A stretch of 64,000 nucleotides of DNA, taken from NCBI GenBank assembly GCA_965203585.1, contig CBDBDC010000001.1:4021-68020 (forward strand), written 5' to 3'. The DNA comes from Candidatus Synoicihabitans sp. GTDB taxonomy: Bacteria; Verrucomicrobiota; Verrucomicrobiia; Opitutales; Opitutaceae. Of this stretch, positions 8,898-17,093 are shown in pieces (within the stretch, counting starts at the first letter, position 1; each line of letters opens with the position of its first letter). The notes beneath the pieces are model-generated. The model saw only the letters and a program-made list of their open reading frames with translations. It had not been told where the DNA came from and did not search any database. Position numbers and translations under genes: made by a program.

Positions 8898-10232
8898 CTA
8901 CGCGGGCAGGCGCACCGGCAATTCGCGAATGCCGTTGATGAAACTCGAACGCAGATAGACCGGGTCGCCGACGACGTCGACCCTCGGAAAACGCTTGACG
9001 ATTTCCTCCCAGATGACGCGCAGCTGCATTTCGCCCAGCCGGTTGCCGAGGCAGCGGTGTATGCCGAACCCGAACGACAGATGCTGGCGAGCGTTGTCGC
9101 GATCGATCAGAAACCGATTGGCGTCTTTTATTGCTTCCTCGTCGCGGTTGCCTGACAGGTACCACATAGCCACGCGATCGCCGGCTTTGATTTGCTTGCC
9201 ACCCAGTTCCACGTCGGCCAGCGCGGTGCGCGCCATGTGCGCAACCGGCGACTGCCAGCGGATGATCTCGGGCACCATGTTCGGGATCAGCCCCGGGTTG
9301 TCCATGAGCTTCCGGTATTCGTCCGGATTCTGATTCAACGCGAGCACGCCGCCGGAGATCGAGTTGCGCGTCGTATCGTTGCCGCCGACGATTAGCAGCA
9401 GGATGTTGCCCAGATACTCGTTTGGCGGCATGTTTTTCGTGGATTCGCCGTGCACGAGCATCGAGATGAGATCGTCGCCGGGTTCGTCCTGCGCGGCGCG
9501 TTCCTTCCAGACCTCGTCGAAATACTGCCAGCACTTCCACAGCTCCTGAAATCCTTCTTCGACGGTATCGAAGTGCTCGGGATTGCTGAGGTTCTGTACG
9601 GAATCGGACCAGTAGATGAGTTTGTGACGGTCTTCCTGCGGCACGTCGAACAGCGTTGCCAGCATCTGGGCGGTCAACTCGACCGACACCTCCCGTACCC
9701 AGTTGAACTCTTCGTTGCGCGGCAGGCCGTCCAGAATGTTCCCGGCGCGCTCGCGGATGACGTTCTCGAGACCGGCGATCTTGCGCGGGCTGAACATCGG
9801 AGCGACGACCTTGCGTTGTTCATCGTGTTTCGGTGGGTCTTCCTGGATGAACATCGGCAGCGAGAAGTTCGGATCCGGCTCCGGTTCCTCGATGCCGCCC
9901 AGCGCGATGCCGCCACGCCGCGAATCCGAAGAGAACAGTTCATGGTGGCTGTCGACGAATTTGATGTCGTGGAAGCGGGTCACGGACCAGTACGGACCAA
10001 CCATGCTGGTTTCGGTTAGATGGACCGGGTCTTCCGCGCGCAGGCGCTCGAAGTACGGCATCTGCGTGCCGGCCTCGAACAGGTCGGGATGCGCCGGGTC
10101 GAGTTCGTCGAGCGGAATGCTCGCCACGTCGCGATGCACGTCGATTGCCCATTCGGCCTGCAGCGCTTCGTTCGAAAGCGACATCATCTCGGCGCGGTTG
10201 ATTGGCTGGGGGGATTCCTTGGATTCGGCCAT
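8898..10232 (-). CDS. Cytochrome P450, CYP153-like (alkane/terminal hydroxylase type)
   Basis: Heme-binding loop HLSFGFGIHRCLGNRLGEMQL, and a tail (IWEEIVKRFPRVDVVGDP...LPVRLP) that resembles CYP153 enzymes. The ATG at 10232 is preceded by GGAGAG; the longer track ORF upstream is not P450-like. Confidence 0.85.
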   Translation of the reverse strand: MAESKESPQPINRAEMMSLSNEALQAEWAIDVHRDVASIPLDELDPAHPDLFEAGTQMPYFERLRAEDPVHLTETSMVGPYWSVTRFHDIKFVDSHHELFSSDSRRGGIALGGIEEPEPDPNFSLPMFIQEDPPKHDEQRKVVAPMFSPRKIAGLENVIRERAGNILDGLPRNEEFNWVREVSVELTAQMLATLFDVPQEDRHKLIYWSDSVQNLSNPEHFDTVEEGFQELWKCWQYFDEVWKERAAQDEPGDDLISMLVHGESTKNMPPNEYLGNILLLIVGGNDTTRNSISGGVLALNQNPDEYRKLMDNPGLIPNMVPEIIRWQSPVAHMARTALADVELGGKQIKAGDRVAMWYLSGNRDEEAIKDANRFLIDRDNARQHLSFGFGIHRCLGNRLGEMQLRVIWEEIVKRFPRVDVVGDPVYLRSSFINGIRELPVRLPA

Positions 10233-10430
10233 GATGCTCTCCGTTGGCTCACACGGTGTTGGCGTCGCGCCTGCCAGGCAGCACGATCCACCATTCGATT
10301 TAATCAGGTTATTCTTTTGCGTGACACAGATGAAGGTGATAACCGGCCAGCATGACCGTCTCGGGTGCCCACACGCGGTACCCGACCAGAGGCTGGTCAC
10401 ATCCGCGGAAATAGCAGGAAGGGGAGCGGA

Positions 10431-11657
10431 ATGACTGATGCGCACGAAGGCGGCGAGGACTATCTGTTTGGCGGTCTGAAAGTGCTCGATGTTGGCACCT
10501 GGATCGCCGCACCGGTTGCGACGACGATGCTTGCCGACTATGGCGCCAGCGTCATCAAGGTGGAAATGCCCGGGCATGGTGACGCCTACCGGCACTTTTC
10601 GGGGATGCCGGGCACGCCCACCGCCGACGTCAACTACTGCTGGCTCATGGACGGTCGCAACAAGCGCTCCATAACGCTGGACCTGAAAAGCGGCGCCGGT
10701 ATCAGGATCCTGCACCAGCTGATCGGCGAGTGCGATGTCTACGTCACCAACCACCCACTGCCGCTGCGGCGCGAGCTGGGCCTGACGTATGACGACCTCG
10801 CGGCGCTCAATCCGAAGCTGATCTATGCATCGTTGACCGCATATGGAGAGCAGGGTCCGGAACGAGATCGGGAAGGGTTCGATCTGGTTGCGTACTGGTC
10901 CCGGCCGGCGCTGATGGATCTCGTTCGCAGTTCGCCCGAAACGCAGCCCGCGCACTCGTTACCAGGCATGGGCGATCACCCGACCGCGGTGTCGATGTAC
11001 GCGAACATCGTCACGGCGCTGTTGCGCCGCGAACGTACCGGCAAGGGCAGCCACGTACACACGTCCCTGATTGCGAACGGGCTGTGGTCGGCGTCCTGCA
11101 TCGCGCAGGCGCGGCTGTGTAACGCGGATTTTTCGGCATTCCGCCACCCGCAGCACATGGCGTTTACCCGCGGACTGTATCAGACGAGCGACAGCCGCTG
11201 GCTGCAGTTCACGATGGTCCGAACGCCCGAGGAGCAGCAGGCGCTGCTCGCAGCCGTCGGCGGACTGCACCTGCTGGAGGATCCCCGGTTCGCCACGGCG
11301 GAAGACCGTTTTGCGAATGGCGCGGAGATGGTCGCTGCTGTACGGCCGCTGCTGGCCGCGCGGTCGAGCGAGGAGTGGATGGCCGTGTTCCGCGACGCTG
11401 GCGTCCCGGCGGCGCTGATCGGGGTGCTGGATGATCTGCCGCACGATCCTCAGATCGCGATCAACGACATGGCGCCGGCACCGGTGGACGACGTAGGCGC
11501 GCAACGCGTGATCAAACACCCGTTGAACATCGAAGGTCTGCCGCGGGTCGGGGTCACCCGGGCGCCGGAGATCGGCGAACACAGCGTCGCGGTGTTGACC
11601 GAGCTCGGCTACACGGACGAGCAGATTGCCGAGCTCGCCCTCGACGACGTGATTTAA
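10431..11657 (+). CDS. CaiB/BaiF family (class III) CoA-transferase
   Basis: LKVLDVGTWIAAPVATTMLADYGASVIKVEMPGHGD hallmark. The ATG at 10431 follows GGGGAGCGGA. Confidence 0.85.
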   Translation: MTDAHEGGEDYLFGGLKVLDVGTWIAAPVATTMLADYGASVIKVEMPGHGDAYRHFSGMPGTPTADVNYCWLMDGRNKRSITLDLKSGAGIRILHQLIGECDVYVTNHPLPLRRELGLTYDDLAALNPKLIYASLTAYGEQGPERDREGFDLVAYWSRPALMDLVRSSPETQPAHSLPGMGDHPTAVSMYANIVTALLRRERTGKGSHVHTSLIANGLWSASCIAQARLCNADFSAFRHPQHMAFTRGLYQTSDSRWLQFTMVRTPEEQQALLAAVGGLHLLEDPRFATAEDRFANGAEMVAAVRPLLAARSSEEWMAVFRDAGVPAALIGVLDDLPHDPQIAINDMAPAPVDDVGAQRVIKHPLNIEGLPRVGVTRAPEIGEHSVAVLTELGYTDEQIAELALDDVI

Positions 11658-12823
11658 CCGGCGGCGGCCGGAAACACCCGCAGGAAATTCTCGCTGTAGA
11701 ACCTGGTGCGCACCGACTCGTCGACGTTGCCGAGCGATTGCTCGAAACGCCCCAGCGGATTGCGTCCGCCTTCGGGATGTGGGTAGTCGCTGGAGAACAG
11801 GTACAGATCCGGACTCGACTGCGCGACGAGTTTACCGATGTCCTCGTAAACGTACGGGGTGAACGCGAACTGGGTCGCGATCTGTTCCGACGGCTTGCGT
11901 GACAGCGCGGCCAGCTCCACATCGCTCTTGCGCCAGATGTCGACGATCCAGTCCAGCCGATCCAGCATGGCCGGGACCCAGCCGGCGCCGAGTTCGACGC
12001 TGGCGCCGGTCAGCGTAGGGAACCGTTCGAAGACGCCGTCCAGCACCATCATGCTCAGGAATCGTTCCGCCATGTGGTGCACGCTCGTCATGTCCTTGCC
12101 GCGGACGTTTTCCCCGCCGCCGAGCCAGTCCTTCGGCAGCGGCCGGCCGTTGTTCATCCACGCTTTCGAAACCTGAAGTGCATCGCCGCCGATGTGAATG
12201 ACGAACGGGATGCCAGCCTCCTGCAGGCGCGCCCAGAACGGGTCCAGGTCGTCGTGCCCGGGAGAGCGCCCGCCGCAGTCGCGATGCGGAACCCACACCG
12301 CGCCGCAGCCGTCGGCCAGCACCGTGTCGAGTTCGGCGAGTGCGCGTGCCGGGTCGTCGAGCGTGATCGCGGCTACGCCCATCAGCCGCTCGTCGGCCGC
12401 GCAGAACGCGTGCATCGCGCGGTTGTGCGCGCGGGCGGCGCCGTAGCGGACGTCCAGATCCGTGCGAGTGGAAAACACCATGCCTTCGCTGACAGACGCG
12501 AACACGAGCTGCTTGCGGAAACCAAGCAGGTCCAGTACGCGGCTGCGCTCCTCGGCGTTGAACGCGCCGGGCGCGTCGTAGCCTTTCGGGCCGCGCAGAA
12601 TGTCGTCGCCCATCTCCAGCGCTTTCTGCACATCGGCTTCCAGGTGCCGGCCGCCCTGCGCGACCAGCGTGTCCAGATTGCGCTGCAACCCGGAGTTGGC
12701 GCCGAAGTCGATCGGCGGCAGCGCGTCGCGAATGTGCGGGTCTGCAAAGTCGGTCAGGAACGTTGGCAGTTCCATGATGTGGCTGTCTGCGTCGTAGAGC
12801 ACGCGGTCCGCTGCGTAGGTCAT
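11654..12823 (-). CDS. Amidohydrolase-2 family metal-dependent hydrolase/decarboxylase
   Basis: DADSHIMELP near the N-terminus and FSSDYPHPEGG near the C-terminus, typical of the ACMSD/amidohydrolase_2 family. The stop overlaps the convergent CoA-transferase stop by 4 nt. Confidence 0.75.
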   Translation of the reverse strand: MTYAADRVLYDADSHIMELPTFLTDFADPHIRDALPPIDFGANSGLQRNLDTLVAQGGRHLEADVQKALEMGDDILRGPKGYDAPGAFNAEERSRVLDLLGFRKQLVFASVSEGMVFSTRTDLDVRYGAARAHNRAMHAFCAADERLMGVAAITLDDPARALAELDTVLADGCGAVWVPHRDCGGRSPGHDDLDPFWARLQEAGIPFVIHIGGDALQVSKAWMNNGRPLPKDWLGGGENVRGKDMTSVHHMAERFLSMMVLDGVFERFPTLTGASVELGAGWVPAMLDRLDWIVDIWRKSDVELAALSRKPSEQIATQFAFTPYVYEDIGKLVAQSSPDLYLFSSDYPHPEGGRNPLGRFEQSLGNVDESVRTRFYSENFLRVFPAAAG

Positions 12824-12969
12824 ATTGCCTCCTCAATCCTTTGAATGCCGTTGTGCGAGCGTAGGCGAATCGACGGTGCCGGGCAAATACCGGTTCGTCC
12901 GGCCGGCGCGTGCACTGCAAGCCGGCAATGCGATACCCTGTGCGCTGCCGTGGAAAACGGGAGGGAGGC

Positions 12970-13446
12970 ATGGCGGCCAAGCTCGAGCCCCGGGATCAGT
13001 TCCCGGATCTGGCGCTGAACGTCGCGGGCGGGGGCGCCGTGGCGCTACCCGGCGACATTCAGACCGACTATGCGCTGGTGCTCTTTTATCGCGGCCACTG
13101 GTGACCGTTCTGTCGCCGTTTGTTAAACGGCTATCAGGAGCGTCTGGCACAGTTCAGGGATCTCGGTGTGTCTCTGTTTGCCGGCACCGTCGACTCCGAG
13201 GAGGACACCCTCGAGGTCGGCAAGGACCTGGACTTTCCGGTAGCGTACGGCATGACTCGCGCGGACGGGGACGCAATCGGCGCCTGGTGGGAAGAACGCC
13301 GCGATCACATTCAACCGTCCGAGTTCCTGTTGCGCGGCGACGGCCGAGTCCTTGCATCCACGTACAGCAATTCTCCGGTTGGCCGCATGGATCCGGGCGA
13401 AACTGCCAGGCTCATCGACTTCATCGCGTCGATGGCCCGCAAGTGA
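12970..13446 (+). CDS. Peroxiredoxin-like (AhpC/TSA, thioredoxin-fold) selenoprotein; in-frame TGA 13102-13104 read as Sec
   Basis: Track ORFs 12910-13104 and 13120-13446 share a frame and are separated only by TGA. Read through, they give LVLFYRGHW-U-PFCRRLLNGYQERLAQFRDLGVSLFAG, where the TGA sits where AhpC/TSA proteins carry the peroxidatic Cys (W-C-P-x-C). GGGAGGGAGG SD before the ATG at 12970. A hairpin lies 10 nt after the TGA. Confidence 0.75.
13115..13131 (+). promoter_or_regulatory. Candidate bacterial SECIS hairpin for the peroxiredoxin-like gene
   Basis: GCCGTTT-GTT-AAACGGC, a perfect 7-bp stem (or 6 bp with a UGUUA loop). It starts 10 nt after the UGA, and the G/U-containing apical loop is about 18 nt downstream. 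Hand-folded only. Confidence 0.5.
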
Positions 13447-13488
13447 TGATGGTCGAGCCTCAGCGGCAGCGCCGGTAGTAGCTGCGCG

Positions 13489-14709
13489 ATGCTGGACGCG
13501 GACGTACCCGAACACCTGGCGACACTCGAGTGTCCGGTTTACGAGCCGACCGCCGCAGTTGCGGGAACCGCGCTCGACGCGAGGCGCGTCGCGCTGATCT
13601 CGTCCGCCGGACTGATGCATCAGGGTGATCCGCCGTTCGGCTTCGGTGCCGCCGATTACCGGGTCATCGACGCCGACTCGCCGGTACCCGTGTTGATGAC
13701 GCACGTATCCACGAACTTCGACCGTACCGGTTTCGCGCAGGACGCCAACGTCGTACTACCACTCGACCGGCTGCGGGAGCTGGTGGCGGACGGCGTCATT
13801 GGCAGCGTCGCCCGGTTTCACTATTCGTTCATGGGCGCAACCGCGCCGGACCTGTTCGAGGAACCTGTCACCAGGGTGGCGGGGCAGCTTGCTGCCGACG
13901 AAGTCGACCTGGCACTGTTGATACCCGTGTGACCGCTCTGTACGCGCGCCGTGTGCGGGCTGGCTCACTACCTCGAACGCGCGGGTGTTCCGACCGTCGT
14001 CATCGGTCTGATACCACAGCATGTGCGGCGCATGATGCCTCCGCGGGCGCTGCTGGTACCGTTCGAACTCGGGCGGCCAATTGGCCCCCCCGGGGCGCCC
14101 GCGCTGCAGCGCCGCGTGCTGACAGCGGCCCTCGAGCTCGGCGCGACTGCCCCTGCCGACCCGGTCATCGACACGTTCGAACTCGAGCCCGGAGAACGAC
14201 TGCCAGCAGCGCAGACCCAAGGATGGGCGTGTCCAGTATCGTTCGCGACCGCCGTGGACGACGAGGCGTCCACCGCAGAGCGATTGGCTGCGGAGGTACA
14301 GGCGCTTGCACCATGGTATGCGCAGGCCGTCCGCGAACGTGGCCGCACCACGGCCGGCGCATCGGGGCTCGATTTCGAAGCGATTGCGCGCTGGCTTGGC
14401 GATCTGAACGACGTTGCCGGCGCTGACGACAAGGCGCCCGAAGCGGGGCAGGACACCGCGCCGGCTGACCTTCCGTTTGGCCTGGCGCAGACGCTCAAGC
14501 TGGCAGTCGAAGATCTGAAAGCGTTTTACGTCGAAGCGGCAACCACCCAGCCCACGTCAGCGAGCGCGCCGGTCCTGGACTGGATGTGGAACGACACGCT
14601 GCTTGCGCGCGTGCTCCGCACGCTCGCGGCGCGGCTGAGCGACCATCCGGATCGTCAGCTTGCGCTTTACGCAAGTCTGACGTTCGTGCCGCGGGAACGG
14701 ATGGCATAG
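13489..14709 (+). CDS. GrdB/PrdB-like (glycine/sarcosine/betaine/D-proline reductase component B family) selenoprotein; in-frame TGA 13930-13932 read as Sec
   Basis: Track ORFs 13489-13932 and 13951-14709 share a frame. Read through: VDLALLIPV-U-PLCTRAVCGLAHYLERAGVPTVVIGL. The N-terminal part (HVSTNFDRTGFAQDANVVLPLDRLRELVADGVIGSVARFHYSFMG) resembles the selenoprotein B family as I recall it. Confidence 0.7.
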
Positions 14710-14783
14710 CCCGCGTCGGTTGGTGCGGCGGATCCTTGGAGCTGAAACTTTGCAACTGAATCATGTCACTGGAGGAGCAGACG

Positions 14784-15317
14784 ATGATTGATTACCACGA
14801 TCCACGGGCGGAGACCGCCGGCGAGGTTGAGCCATATGCGCTCAGCGTCGACCTGGGCCGGCTCAACGAGGCGCGTATCGGATTTCTGGCAAACGGCTTC
14901 CCCGACTCCGATCGATTTCTGGAGAAGGTCGCCGAGGTCATGAGCGAGCGCCTCGACGGCGTTCAACACGTGCACGAAAACAAAGGCAACGCATCGATCC
15001 CGGCACCGGATGTGCTGCTCGATTCGATGCAGAACCAGTGCCAGGCGGCAATCGCCGCCTATGGTCACTGAGGCAGCTGCACAACCGGCACCGTGCGTGA
15101 CGGCATTGCACTGGCTCGAAGGGGAGTGCCCGTGGTGGCGCTTGTTACCGAGGAATTCTGGCCGCAGGGTGACTTCGTGGCTGCGTCGCTCGGTATGCCG
15201 GACGTTCCACGGGTGAAGCTGCCGCATCCTGTTGCGGGTACCGGCGAAGCGAACCTGCGCCGCGTCGCGGAAGCGATCGTTCCGGAGATCATTGCCGCTC
15301 TGGAAGGCGCCCGGTGA
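14784..15317 (+). CDS. UGSC-motif selenoprotein (small GrdB-like redox module); in-frame TGA 15069-15071 read as Sec
   Basis: Track ORFs 14763-15071 and 15093-15317 share a frame. Read through: AAIAAYGH-U-GSCTTGTVRDGIALARRGVPVVALVT. The ATG at 14784 follows GGAGGAG. The Sec loop resembles that of the preceding gene. Confidence 0.65.
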
Positions 15318-16405
15318 GCGGAATGTTGCAGTCGGCAGACGAAGCTGCTGCGCTCGAGAACCTGCACGCGCTCGGCTGCACTGATGGACTGCCCGTCGTG
15401 GTTCCAACCGTGGACCGCGTCGCGCGCATGGTACTCGCGACCGGGTACGACGCCGACATGGTGCTCGGAGAAATGGGACCCGGCAACGGGATTGCGACCG
15501 TCGAACAGGTTGCGGTCGCCGCGGTCATGGCGGGATGTCTACCCGACTACATGCCGCTCGTCGTCGCCGCCGTGCGCGCAGTGATTGCGCCGGAGTTCGA
15601 TCTTACCGAGATGCAGTCGACGACACATTGCACGGCGCCGCTCGTGATCGTCAACGGCCCGGCGCGCCAGACCTGCGGTCCCGTTGCGTCAGGATTTGGC
15701 GCGCTCGGACCGGGTCACCGAGCCAACGCCAGCATCGGCAGGGCGCTCAGGCTTGCAATGATGAACATCGGCGGCGCCCGACCCGGGACCTCCGACATGG
15801 CGCTGCTCGGCCACCCGGGAAAATTCACCTACTGCCTGGCGGAAGACGAGGAAACCAGCCCGTTTCCGCCGCTGCATGTAGCGCGCGGTTTCGACCCGGA
15901 CGACAGCGTCGTGACCGTCATCGGCGCGGAAGCACCCCATTCGGTGATCTTCTCGGGCGACGCCGACAATCCCGAGTCGTACCGCGGGTTGATCCACGCG
16001 TTGGCGGTTGGCCTCGCAAACCTGGCGACCAACAATGCCGTTCTGCGGCACGGGTCCGCAACGGTGATTCTGAATCCCGAGCACGCCGACGTGCTGCATG
16101 CCGCCGGTCTGGGGCGCGCGGATATTGCCCGGGCGCTTCACGAGTCCTGCGTTCACTCGATATCCGATCTTGCCGAAGTCGCGCCCGCGTTTGCTGGCCG
16201 CGACGGCGACGACGAACGCAAGCACTGTTTTGACGGTCCCGACGACATCCTCGTTCTGGTCGCGGGCGGTAGCGGGCTGTACTCGATGGTGATGCCGTCG
16301 TGGTGCGCCGGGGCGCACAACAACTCGGCGGTCAGTGTGACGGTGGACGTCGATCAGTTCTGCGAGGTGCCGGGGCTCGGCGAGGCGCTGACGACGGACG
16401 TCTGA
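15314..16405 (+). CDS. Conserved-looking hypothetical protein (363 aa), translationally coupled to the UGSC gene
   Basis: GTGA start/stop overlap at 15314-15317 (alternative ATG at 15323). Long ORF with high third-position GC. I recognise no family (motifs LHALGCTDGLPVVVP, QSTTHCTAPLVIVNGP, GHPGKFTYCLAEDE). Confidence 0.6.
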   Translation: MSGMLQSADEAAALENLHALGCTDGLPVVVPTVDRVARMVLATGYDADMVLGEMGPGNGIATVEQVAVAAVMAGCLPDYMPLVVAAVRAVIAPEFDLTEMQSTTHCTAPLVIVNGPARQTCGPVASGFGALGPGHRANASIGRALRLAMMNIGGARPGTSDMALLGHPGKFTYCLAEDEETSPFPPLHVARGFDPDDSVVTVIGAEAPHSVIFSGDADNPESYRGLIHALAVGLANLATNNAVLRHGSATVILNPEHADVLHAAGLGRADIARALHESCVHSISDLAEVAPAFAGRDGDDERKHCFDGPDDILVLVAGGSGLYSMVMPSWCAGAHNNSAVSVTVDVDQFCEVPGLGEALTTDV

Positions 16406-16514
16406 ACGTCTGCGGCTGCATTGCCGGCGCCAGCTAGCGAAAAAGCGCTTACAATCGACATACGTTCCGGGCACAGCAGTGTGACCTGGGTCTCACTACC
16501 GTGGTGCGGGAGAT

Positions 16515-16967
16515 ATGAGACCCGGGATCATCATGAAGTACTCGCCCGCATCCGGCGCGACCCGCGCGCCGTTCCGTCCGGCCCTGTTGCTGACGCTCGC
16601 GATCGCCGCCGGAGGGTGTGAGTCGATCGACCGTCGCGAGGCCGCCTGGCTGTCCCTGCACGCTGTCGATGTCGCCCAGACGCTGAGCGCGGCAGACGAT
16701 CCGTGTTATCGCGAAAAGACCTGGTTGACGGAGCGGCTGATCGGAGAGCAGCCGAGCGACGGGGAAGTCGTTGCGTGGGGCCTCGGCACCGCCGTGGCGC
16801 ACTGGCTGATCGGCGAAACGCTGAAGCAACACGACGCGCCCCGGTGGCTGCAGGCCGTCTGGAGCTATACGACGATTGCCCACACCGGGTATGCCGTGAT
16901 CAACAACCACGACGAAGGCGTGCGGGTGTTCGGTGACAACAAGAACGTGCCGGGTTGCAGCGGATAG
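16515..16967 (+). CDS. Hypothetical lipoprotein
   Basis: Signal peptide with lipobox LAIAAGGC. The start could instead be the ATG at 16533. Confidence 0.55.
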   Translation: MRPGIIMKYSPASGATRAPFRPALLLTLAIAAGGCESIDRREAAWLSLHAVDVAQTLSAADDPCYREKTWLTERLIGEQPSDGEVVAWGLGTAVAHWLIGETLKQHDAPRWLQAVWSYTTIAHTGYAVINNHDEGVRVFGDNKNVPGCSG

Positions 16968-17093
16968 CCAGCGCCGGTGTCGGACAGCCGCGCTGGTCGG
17001 TAGTCACCGGCGCGCGGTAGTATTCCGATGTCGTAGTGCCGGCTGGGGGCGCCGGAGTGAACGCCGGGCATACCGGCAGTTCGGAGAGACACG

